Source: a virus (lineage: Duplodnaviria; Caudoviricetes). From it: DNA of 60,780 nt. Location: positions 1 to 60,780 of the IMG/VR virus record IMGVR_UViG_3300010373_000010; one strand, given 5' to 3'. The position numbers and the translations under genes are program-made. Below the pieces are notes generated by a model, which did not search any database, was not told where the DNA came from, and saw only the letters and a list, made by a program, of their open reading frames with translations. Positions 45,469 to 53,150 of the stretch are shown piece after piece (the first letter of the stretch is position 1; the number at the start of each line of letters is the position of its first letter).

Positions 45469-46023
45469 CTAGGCGGCCTGAGCGACCTCGGCCTTGGGCG
45501 CCTTGGGGTCGTAGCCATTGGCCCGCGCGAAGGCCACCAATGCCGCCGAGAACTTCCGAGCTTCCGGCGTGACCTTGGGAATGTCGGTCCCGTCGAAATT
45601 CTCGGAATTGGTGGACTTGGCGACCAGCGACTTGAGCAGGCCCTCCACGGTCGTGCTCTGAGGGTCGCGCTCGTCGGTCAGATCGGCGAACGTGATCTCC
45701 ATCGCGCCGGCGACGTCGAAGTCTGATTCGAGCCGCTGCTTCGAGAGCTTGGCAGCCCAGACCTTCGTGCTCTTGTCCTGAGTCAGAATCAGCTTGCTGT
45801 TGCTGAACTTCTTGAACCAGAACGCGAGCGCCTTGACGCGCTGGCCATTCGGCAACGCATTCATCAGCGCCACCACGCCAGTCGTGTCTCCGTGCGCGCG
45901 AACGTGATCCAGGCCGGAGCACGCACAGACGTGTATGCTGTCCTGGACAGTCGCGGCCACGGTCTTCAGCTCAGCAACGGCCTTCATCAGGTCGCTCTGA
46001 GTCAGGAGCTTGATAGTAGCCAT
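45469..46023 (-). CDS. Conserved early phage protein (resembles phiKMV-like early gene products)
   Basis: IH..A...L.H...HGD.T....L.NALP.G.R..AL..WF pattern; GAGGA RBS; strong codon bias. Confidence 0.75.
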   Translation of the reverse strand: MATIKLLTQSDLMKAVAELKTVAATVQDSIHVCACSGLDHVRAHGDTTGVVALMNALPNGQRVKALAFWFKKFSNSKLILTQDKSTKVWAAKLSKQRLESDFDVAGAMEITFADLTDERDPQSTTVEGLLKSLVAKSTNSENFDGTDIPKVTPEARKFSAALVAFARANGYDPKAPKAEVAQAA

Positions 46024-46100
46024 ATGACTTAATCCTCGGTAGGTGTTAGGTGCTAAATGCACCGCAAAGCCCGCGTGGTAACACGGGCGATGCGCTGAAC

Positions 46101-46283
46101 TCAGCGTGATCTGTTAAGTACTTTGCTGCTATTGCTGCGAGCCGAACGCTCCCAGCGCTGATACGTAGACTTGCCGCGTTGCGCTTCGTGAATCCGTTGC
46201 GCGAGACCGTGATTCCTGTCATCGACAGCGTATTGCCTGCCGTTGATTAAGATAACCTTGCGGCCATGTAACTCTGTCAGCAT
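46101..46283 (-). CDS. Small hypothetical early protein
   Basis: GAGGT RBS, ATG 46283. Confidence 0.55.
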   Translation of the reverse strand: MLTELHGRKVILINGRQYAVDDRNHGLAQRIHEAQRGKSTYQRWERSARSNSSKVLNRSR

Positions 46284-46289
46284 GTTGAT

Positions 46290-46722
46290 TACCTCAGTGG
46301 ACGGGCTAAGCGAGCCGCGCGTCGCAGCCCGCTTAGTCCGCCCACCGAGAATTTATGCCCTCTCGCGCGCGATGATTCGCGCCTCGGCCGTAGCGCGATA
46401 GACTGTCATTGCGACAGCGACGCTACGCGGGCTTGGTTCGGGAGAGAATCACTCCCAACGCCCTGTCGCGGCCCGTCATACACAGGGCATTACCCCTGGA
46501 GCGGTTTCGGTACTCCCGTTGCCTGAGATAGACGTGCTCTGGCGCTAGGGCCAAACCCTGTGAACAAGGCTTGGACGTCACGGCTCAGCGGCTACCCTGT
46601 AAGCGGCAAACCCGGTCAGTGCGTCGCAGGTTTCATGTGTCCGGTGATTCGGCGGGCTAGGCGACTAGGTCGCTTTGCCGTCCCTGCACCCCTTGGGATT
46701 CTGTGTTATGTTCAATCCCAGA
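46290..46722 (-). ncRNA. Candidate large structured ncRNA/5' leader (about 430 nt)
   Basis: No convincing ORF; about 10 nested stems; a terminal 27-bp stem has 4 G-U pairs only on the minus strand. Confidence 0.55.
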
Positions 46723-46828
46723 TTATGTCGCCTACCGGCATGTAGTCTGGACCAGGGGGTGGGGGGTGGCCATCGCGCGTCACCGCAGCCCGCCATACTT
46801 TCTCACCAAAAACCAACATACATACGTT

Positions 46829-47110
46829 ATGACTACATCATGGCTCGACTGCATTCCTGACGACATCGCTGCTGCTTACAAGTTAGTTGGAATACACGTG
46901 TTAGGATTCAGCATTTCTGAGCAGAAGCTCGTATTGGCATGGGGCCAAGGCTGTCGCGCAGACCCCGAGTTCACCGAGATGAAAGACGGCTACGATGGCA
47001 AAGCCCGCATATGGCGCATCCCGGTGCCCTCTCCGCGCGAGGAGTTCGAGAAGCCGCTCGACGAAGTCGCCGAGATCCACAGGCGTATTGCGGCCTCGCA
47101 GGCTCGGTGA
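46829..47110 (+). CDS. Hypothetical protein, first rightward gene
   Basis: ORF between the divergence point and the tRNA-like gene. Confidence 0.5.
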   Translation: MTTSWLDCIPDDIAAAYKLVGIHVLGFSISEQKLVLAWGQGCRADPEFTEMKDGYDGKARIWRIPVPSPREEFEKPLDEVAEIHRRIAASQAR

Positions 47111-47124
47111 TATAAACACCGTCG

Positions 47125-47200
47125 AGACGGGTAGCTCAGTGGGAGAGCGTTGGCCATGCAGGCCGAAGGTCGCCGGTTCGAGTCCAGGCTCCGTCCGCCA
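47125..47200 (+). tRNA. Atypical tRNA-like gene, nominal anticodon TGC (Ala), encoded CCA
   Basis: TAGCTCAGTGGGAGAGC D-arm, TTGGC/GCCGA anticodon stem, GGTTCGAGTCC T-arm, 3' CCA; non-canonical A33, A1-C72 mismatch and bulged T-stem. Confidence 0.75.
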
Positions 47201-47224
47201 TCCTAACCAACACGAGTCTCACCA

Positions 47225-47380
47225 ATGAGCAACTTCAGTAAGCTGGAAAACAAGCTCGAAAAGAAGGGCATGAGCAAGAAGGAAGCTGGCGGTATCGCCT
47301 ACAACGCCGGCAAGGCGAAGTACGGCAAAGCCGGCATGGCCCGCAAGGCGGCGGCCGGTCGCGCGCGAAAGCGCGGCTGA
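47225..47380 (+). CDS. Small basic protein (MSNFSKLENKL...GKAKYGKAGMARKAAAGR, 51 aa)
   Basis: Clean ORF below the track cutoff; F.KL..KL..A..G..KYG...M...AAAGR pattern of small phage proteins. Confidence 0.7.
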   Translation: MSNFSKLENKLEKKGMSKKEAGGIAYNAGKAKYGKAGMARKAAAGRARKRG

Positions 47381-47389
47381 GTCGCCGAA

Positions 47390-47435
47390 TCTCGTATCCC
47401 GCGTGGGTCACTCCCGTGGGATACGAGAATTTCTT
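47390..47435 (+). terminator. Strong hairpin/terminator
   Basis: TCTCGTATCCCGCG / CGTGGGATACGAGA followed by ATTTCTT. Confidence 0.6.
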
Positions 47436-47468
47436 GACGGCCAAGCATACGCATGTTTTACTCTCGCC

Positions 47469-48215
47469 ATGACGTATGCATTCCAGCAGACGCAGCTAGA
47501 AAAAACTGCGCACGATTCACGGGTCTCGCCGCCCCCACCGCCGATGACCGCCCAGTCTGTACAGCAGCTCTGCGCCTCACCCGATGTTCCTGCACACATC
47601 AAGGCCCAAGCTGTACACGACTTCATGGCGAAGTCCCTGACGGACAAGGGCCTCGATCCCGGCACGTTCATGATCCCCAAAGAACGGCTCGACGAGCTGA
47701 CCCAGCGGATGCAGGCTGAGCGGGCGATGCGGGCGAGGCAGCTCGAAGATAATCTCCGGATGAAGATCGCGGAGTTCCACGAGCATGTAGGGCGTCCTCT
47801 GATGGCGCCCCCTCCGTCAGAGTCGGGCGCTGCCAATATGTCGTTCCCCCAGCAGTGGGGAGTAGGTGTTATTGGAGGGATCAACCGCACGATGGGCTTG
47901 GAGACGCCGCCTACCGCGGAGGAACTTCAGAAGACCGCACTCTCAAAGATGAACCCGATCGCTCGCGACAAGTACGAGCCGATCTTCAAACTCCTGGAGA
48001 TCCAGATCCGGTTCGTCGCCGGTCACTGGACCCTGTTCAAAGACACGCGTACCCAGAGCTGGCAGGCGCCCCTCGGAGATCCGGGGTGCTCGCTGATGAC
48101 GTGGGACGCGATGGTGTCAGAATTACTCGATGAGGTCGCTCGTGGCACAGTTTCAGGTGCAACCGGTCCTACGATCACCGGGCAGCAAGTTTGCGGCAGC
48201 GCCGGGCATACCTGA
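47469..48215 (+). CDS. Hypothetical protein
   Basis: ATG 47469 downstream of TTGACG (47434), with GC3 bias. Confidence 0.65.
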   Translation: MTYAFQQTQLEKTAHDSRVSPPPPPMTAQSVQQLCASPDVPAHIKAQAVHDFMAKSLTDKGLDPGTFMIPKERLDELTQRMQAERAMRARQLEDNLRMKIAEFHEHVGRPLMAPPPSESGAANMSFPQQWGVGVIGGINRTMGLETPPTAEELQKTALSKMNPIARDKYEPIFKLLEIQIRFVAGHWTLFKDTRTQSWQAPLGDPGCSLMTWDAMVSELLDEVARGTVSGATGPTITGQQVCGSAGHT

Positions 48216-48699
48216 GTTTGTCAGGACCGTCGCTCGCTTGATGAACATGGACTTCGTGTGGGTCCGGACGCGGGGTATGTACATTGCCACCGTCCACGAC
48301 ACGCGCGGAGCCCAGTCGCTCGACCACCACTTCGAGGCTGACCCGAAGATCCTGTCAGCCGATGATATATGGCTGGAGTGGCTGAAGCAGATTGCGGACT
48401 TCCTGAAAGAGCACGGCCAAGATGTCTCGAAGATCCAAACAAAAATCGCGGACTACAACGCCGTCTACTACACCGGCGAGAGAATCAGAGATGACAACGA
48501 CATTGACACCGAGCAAGCTGGCGCAGTTGGCAACACTGACGACCGAAGCAGACACGGCGGTACCGGATCAGACTCCAGCGCCGATCGCGGCGAACTTTCC
48601 CAATCCGACGGCACCCCGCCCCCAATTGCCCCCAGTTGGCCAGGGGCCGCGGACAGCGACGACGCCGGCACCGCAGCGGCCGATGCTGACGCAGGCTGA
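48130..48699 (+). CDS. Hypothetical protein
   Basis: ORF with GC3 bias up to about 48490, then overlapping the next gene. Confidence 0.55.
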   Translation: MRSLVAQFQVQPVLRSPGSKFAAAPGIPEFVRTVARLMNMDFVWVRTRGMYIATVHDTRGAQSLDHHFEADPKILSADDIWLEWLKQIADFLKEHGQDVSKIQTKIADYNAVYYTGERIRDDNDIDTEQAGAVGNTDDRSRHGGTGSDSSADRGELSQSDGTPPPIAPSWPGAADSDDAGTAAADADAG

Positions 48700-49009
48700 C
48701 CTGCTTGCTGCGAAAGAACGGCGAGCGGGCAACCCGGTCATCCGGATGACTGCGGACGATCCGGAGCTGCCGGACGACATTACGGCCATGCTCGTGATGA
48801 CTGGCCTCCACGCGCGCTGGTGTCAGAACTTCTGGCGGGTGTTCCTGCCGGACTCGGCGAACATCACCAACAGCGTTGGCGGTGGCAAGCTGCGCCGCTG
48901 GCAGACCGGCGTCCGCGCAGAGGCGTCGCCCGCGGAGTGGCTGGCGGAGATCAATCGCTTCTGGAAAGACGTTCACCCTGGCGAGCCGCTGCCCTTCGGC
49001 GAAGGCTGA
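48491..49009 (+). CDS. Hypothetical protein with Pro/Thr-rich N-terminus
   Basis: Codon bias and operon order. Confidence 0.65.
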   Translation: MTTTLTPSKLAQLATLTTEADTAVPDQTPAPIAANFPNPTAPRPQLPPVGQGPRTATTPAPQRPMLTQADLLAAKERRAGNPVIRMTADDPELPDDITAMLVMTGLHARWCQNFWRVFLPDSANITNSVGGGKLRRWQTGVRAEASPAEWLAEINRFWKDVHPGEPLPFGEG

Positions 49010-49010
49010 T

Positions 49011-49211
49011 ATGGTTCGGGCATACGAAGGCAACAGGGTTCGGGTCAACTTCTACTTCGACGAAGACGTCTTCATCGGATTGAAGCGGGTCGCGGCTCTG
49101 AAGGGCATGACGTACTCGGAGGCGCTGCGTCAGGCGGCCCGCGAGTACGTCGCCCGCCACACGTCACAGGCCCAGGCGGATCACACCAAACTCAAGGACC
49201 TCATCAAATGA
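49011..49211 (+). CDS. Ribbon-helix-helix (CopG/Arc-like) DNA-binding protein
   Basis: RVNFYFDEDVF..LKRVA..KGMTYSEALRQAAREYV. Confidence 0.8.
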   Translation: MVRAYEGNRVRVNFYFDEDVFIGLKRVAALKGMTYSEALRQAAREYVARHTSQAQADHTKLKDLIK

Positions 49212-49483
49212 AGCTCGAAGTCTACAATGACGAGATTGCCAACCCTCCGCTCAAGCGGCATATCGGCGTTTGGTCCGATCGTCCGCGGTTCCTTGGCATG
49301 TTCGAGAGCACGCCTATCCCTCCCGGACAGGAGCACAAAGCCCCAAGGGCCGGCGTCCTGGATCACTTTGTCACTTGCCCGGGATGCGGTAACCATCCAG
49401 TGCTACGGGCGATCTGCTTATACGTGAAGGCCGCCGGCCGCGTGTACAGCGTCTCCTGGCCGTCCTGGCTCCCAGTCCCGTGA
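49208..49483 (+). CDS. Hypothetical protein (CxxC)
   Basis: ATGA overlap. Confidence 0.55.
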   Translation: MKLEVYNDEIANPPLKRHIGVWSDRPRFLGMFESTPIPPGQEHKAPRAGVLDHFVTCPGCGNHPVLRAICLYVKAAGRVYSVSWPSWLPVP

Positions 49484-49800
49484 AGATGAGGCAGATGGGT
49501 ATGCGACTCATGACCGGCCGGAATCACCCGAACTTCGACCTCGACGGCGGAATGCCGCAGGGAGTCAAGACCGTGATCCGTGCGGCCAAAGACCCCATCT
49601 CCGACGTGCCACAGGACTGGTCGATCCTTCAGCTCTTGCAGCGGACTCTCTGCCGTGCGAAGCTGGATCGCGATTCCCAGCAGTGGGAGATCACCAGCGT
49701 CATCGGAACCGTCGCGTATCTGAGCTACGGGGCGGTGTACCAGGACTGGCAGGACGTGTGTGACCGATTGTTCGACGAGGCGATGAAATCCGATGGCTAA
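49480..49800 (+). CDS. Hypothetical protein
   Basis: GTGA overlap and codon bias. Confidence 0.55.
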   Translation: MKMRQMGMRLMTGRNHPNFDLDGGMPQGVKTVIRAAKDPISDVPQDWSILQLLQRTLCRAKLDRDSQQWEITSVIGTVAYLSYGAVYQDWQDVCDRLFDEAMKSDG

Positions 49801-50059
49801 TGTACTGCGGCTCGTCACCCGCGAGGAAAAAGACAACCAGTCTGTGTCCAAGTGCGTGGATGCCATCACGACGCTACACCAAGAGGGCAACCTCAAGCAG
49901 ATCGCGTCGGTGTACTGGACGAAGGACGGAAGGGTGAAACTTTGGGTCTCCGACAACATGACGCTGGCGGATCTTGCTTATGCCGTGAAGTCGCTCGACA
50001 TTGAACTCAACACGATGATGGGTCCGGGCGACCCGGTAGAGCCGAAAAATGGAGCTTGA
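49793..50059 (+). CDS. Hypothetical protein
   Basis: Operon-consistent ORF. Confidence 0.6.
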   Translation: MANVLRLVTREEKDNQSVSKCVDAITTLHQEGNLKQIASVYWTKDGRVKLWVSDNMTLADLAYAVKSLDIELNTMMGPGDPVEPKNGA

Positions 50060-50567
50060 TCCCGAGCTGTTTCCTCCAATGCAGGTCGTCCCGGCCGGCG
50101 GGATGAACGCAATAGTTCCCGCGGGAACTGAGCCGCCGAGTTCCATCACGGACTATGACTCGCGGCTCATCGCCGACCTCGTGGCCAATATCCGGCACCA
50201 GACAGACGTGCTGAAGCAGTACGGCCTCACCCCGGAGCAGCTTGCCGCGAAGCTCCTGAATCCGGCGTTCGCAGCGCACTACCGCGACACACAGCGGCTC
50301 TGGAACTCCGACATGAATGCCCAGGAGCGCATCCGCACGAAGGCGGCGTTCCTCCTGGAAGACTCGCTGCCCGAGCTGTCACGGATCGCGAAGAACCCGC
50401 AGGTGCCCGTCGCCGCGAAGCTGGGCGCGATCGAACAACTCACGAAGATAAGCACCGTGGCGCACGTGGCAAAGGGCGCCGGCGAGCCCAGTGAACAGCA
50501 CAAGATCATCATCAACATCGGGACGGACAAACCGCCCACGATCATCGCTCAGGAAGTATCCAAATGA
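50049..50567 (+). CDS. Putative terminase small subunit
   Basis: Helical, HTH-like N-part (DVLKQYGLTPEQL), C-terminal IIINIG beta strand; upstream of terL. Confidence 0.55.
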   Translation: MELDPELFPPMQVVPAGGMNAIVPAGTEPPSSITDYDSRLIADLVANIRHQTDVLKQYGLTPEQLAAKLLNPAFAAHYRDTQRLWNSDMNAQERIRTKAAFLLEDSLPELSRIAKNPQVPVAAKLGAIEQLTKISTVAHVAKGAGEPSEQHKIIINIGTDKPPTIIAQEVSK

Positions 50568-50938
50568 CAACGACATCCGAAGATTTGCAGGGCGCCGTCA
50601 AAGCAGGCGAGTATCTGGACGAGCAGCCCGTACCGCCGATGCCCATTCTGGAGAGAGGCAAGTTCTACGATTCCATAGCACCAAATGGCGAGAAGGTTAT
50701 CGTCATGTTGGAAGGCACATGGATCGACTTCGGTACCAACGTGCAGACGTTGCGACAGGCATTGTCGAACGCCGCGAAGAAGCTCAAAGAGGCCGAGATC
50801 GGCGAGAAGATCCTGCTCGCCCGGCTAGCTGATGTGCAGAACCGTCTGGACAACCTCCGGGCGATCCGCCGTGACGAGAAACGCCCCGAAGTCGAGGCGG
50901 CACTCGGAATGTCCCCCAACCAAGCAACACAAGGCTGA
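50564..50938 (+). CDS. Hypothetical coiled-coil protein
   Basis: ATGA overlap. Confidence 0.6.
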   Translation: MTTTSEDLQGAVKAGEYLDEQPVPPMPILERGKFYDSIAPNGEKVIVMLEGTWIDFGTNVQTLRQALSNAAKKLKEAEIGEKILLARLADVQNRLDNLRAIRRDEKRPEVEAALGMSPNQATQG

Positions 50939-50943
50939 TTACT

Positions 50944-51357
50944 ATGTCCATCAAGGCAACACTCAACACCGTGATTTCCAAGGTCGCGGCCAATCTCGTG
51001 AACGTCGAGAACGCGCTCAAGCAGGCCGAGGCGACCGTCGTCCAGGCGGACGAGGAAGTCGTCAACGCTGCCAAGGTGCTGCTCGCCAAGTTCGAGCACC
51101 CGCAGGCGGCCATGCAGATCCTCCAGAATGTCGCTCAGCTCAGTGCGCTGGCTGACACGAAGAAGGAGATGCACGCGATGATCGCCGCCCTCGAAGTTCA
51201 CCTGACCAACGAGGATGCGGTCAACGAGTCGCAGAAGGTTCTGGACCAGAACGCGACGGTGACCAGCTCCCCTCTTTCTGAGTCCGGTGCGGAGGGTGGA
51301 GCTGATGCAGTGGCTGACGCCGGACAGACTTCGGAGGCTGCCACCCCCTCTGCGTAA
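50944..51357 (+). CDS. Hypothetical helical protein
   Basis: Strong codon bias. Confidence 0.65.
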   Translation: MSIKATLNTVISKVAANLVNVENALKQAEATVVQADEEVVNAAKVLLAKFEHPQAAMQILQNVAQLSALADTKKEMHAMIAALEVHLTNEDAVNESQKVLDQNATVTSSPLSESGAEGGADAVADAGQTSEAATPSA

Positions 51358-51477
51358 GCAGTGGATCAACCAGCGCCGTACAAGAAAGATAACAAAGGCG
51401 TGTGAAGTGCTCATCAAGAAGCATTTTGGTTTGATCTAACCTGGGCGGGGGGAGGCTGTCAACTCCCCCCGATCTTT

Positions 51478-51747
51478 ATGAGAAAGAAACTGACGCGGCA
51501 ACTAGTGATGGTGGAATGGGGCGACGCCTGGGTACACGGTGCCTGGGATGACGAAGCCGCGTCCAAAAGCAAGGCGAAGCCGGTGACGGTGTTTACTGTC
51601 GGCTGGCTGTTGAAGAAGGATAACCGGGGCGTGCTCGTCGCGGCGCAGATCGCTGACGGCACCCAACTCGCGAACCAGAGCTTCATCCCGAAGGGTATGA
51701 TCCGCAGCATCCGCGTGCTGAAGCAGGGCACGCTGAGGCAGAGATGA
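51478..51747 (+). CDS. Conserved small phage protein upstream of terminase
   Basis: V.VEW.DA..W..TVGWL..IPKGMI..I pattern. Confidence 0.7.
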   Translation: MRKKLTRQLVMVEWGDAWVHGAWDDEAASKSKAKPVTVFTVGWLLKKDNRGVLVAAQIADGTQLANQSFIPKGMIRSIRVLKQGTLRQR

Positions 51748-53150
51748 GTGAACTCAACTACACAGCCCCGCCTACCCTTGCCAAATTCATGCAGTCCGAC
51801 CAGCGTGTGCGAGTCGTGCGCGGTCCTGTGGGGTCAGGCAAGTCATCGGGCATGGTCATGGAGCTGCTACGGCGTGCGTTCGAGCAGTCTCCAGATCCGA
51901 AGACTGGCAAACGGCGGACTCGATTCGTCATCGTGCGCAATACACTGCCGCAGCTCAAAACGACCTCCATGAAGACGATCCAGGAGCTGTTGCGCGGCAT
52001 CGCCCGCTTCGAGGCGCAAAGCAACACCTTCTGGATCGAGATCAACGACGTGGAGTCCGAATGGATCATGCTCCCCCTGGACACGCCGGAAAACGTGGAC
52101 CGATTGCTCTCCCTCGACTTAACGGCCGGGTGGCTGTCGGAGCTACGGGAATTGCCACCCCGGATTCTGCTCGACGTGTTGTCACGATGCGGCCGGTTCC
52201 CGAGCATGATGAATGGTGGACCTACGTGGTATGGGGTCATCGCCGAGACCAATTCCTTCTCGGAAGATTCGCCGTGGAACGAGATCCTGGAGAACAAGAA
52301 CTTAGAAGGCAAGCCTTTGCCGCCCACTTGGGGCTACTGGGTCCAGCCGGGCGCCCGCGACCCGGGAGCGGAGAACAGGGAGAATCTGGTCCCGGGATAT
52401 TACGAAGACTTGATCGAATCGAACACGGCGGACTGGGTCGAACAGTATATCGACAACAAGATCAGCCCAAGTCTTTCTGGCGAGGCGGTCTTCCGTAACT
52501 CATTCAACAGGAAGTGGCATGTCGCCCAATCTGACCTCCTCCCTATCCCCGGCACGCTCGTTGTTGTTGGGATGGACTTCGGTCGCAATCCATCCGCGGT
52601 TGTCACGCAAATTGATCCGCGTGGAAGGCTCGTCGTCCTTGATGAAGCCCATGGGGAATCTATGGGTGTCGAGCAGTTCGTCACGACTGTGCTCCGTCCT
52701 ATCCTTGCGCAACCCAAATATGCCCGACTTCCAATCGGGGTGGTGGGAGACCCATCCGGCGTCGCCCGTTCTCAGGTCGGTGAAGAGAGCGTTTTCCATG
52801 CGCTCAAGCGCCTGGGCTTTGCTTGCCAGCCTGCTCAGACGAATGCGATCGACCCGCGGCTGAGGGCGGTCGAGAAGTGGATGCTCCAGGCCCGCGACGC
52901 CGGCCCAGCGTTCCTTATCAGTCCTCATTGCACGACCTTGATAACAGCGCTGTCGTCCCGCTATCGGTACGCGCGCAAGAAAGACGGCGAACTACAACCA
53001 ACACCTGACAAGAGTCATCCTTGGAGCGATATAGCTGACGCACTCCAGTACGCCGTCCTGGGCCACAGCGGCACCGTGCTTAGCCGGCTGAACCGGGTCC
53101 GGCGTAGCTCAACCCCTGAGCGGCCCCCAAGCCCCAAGGGATGGACATGA
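51744..53150 (+). CDS. terL: Terminase large subunit
   Basis: GPVGSGKS, IVRNT.PQLKTT, WLSELRE, GMDFGRNP, GDPSG, SDIADALQY. Confidence 0.93.
   Translation: MSELNYTAPPTLAKFMQSDQRVRVVRGPVGSGKSSGMVMELLRRAFEQSPDPKTGKRRTRFVIVRNTLPQLKTTSMKTIQELLRGIARFEAQSNTFWIEINDVESEWIMLPLDTPENVDRLLSLDLTAGWLSELRELPPRILLDVLSRCGRFPSMMNGGPTWYGVIAETNSFSEDSPWNEILENKNLEGKPLPPTWGYWVQPGARDPGAENRENLVPGYYEDLIESNTADWVEQYIDNKISPSLSGEAVFRNSFNRKWHVAQSDLLPIPGTLVVVGMDFGRNPSAVVTQIDPRGRLVVLDEAHGESMGVEQFVTTVLRPILAQPKYARLPIGVVGDPSGVARSQVGEESVFHALKRLGFACQPAQTNAIDPRLRAVEKWMLQARDAGPAFLISPHCTTLITALSSRYRYARKKDGELQPTPDKSHPWSDIADALQYAVLGHSGTVLSRLNRVRRSSTPERPPSPKGWT

Noticed and set aside
46665-46690. GGGACGGCAAAGC resembling the c-di-GMP-I riboswitch junction
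   Set aside because: The upstream GNRA-capped P2 stem and tetraloop receptor are not evident
40860-46830. CRISPR or mini-array in the early intergenic regions
   Set aside because: The repeats are short, dispersed and mostly inverted, with no regular repeat-spacer periodicity; the Cas4-like gene is a typical phage exonuclease
31504-53150. Inteins or introns in the polymerase or terminase
   Set aside because: Both ORFs are continuous and of ordinary length, with no splicing motifs; the HNH genes are intergenic
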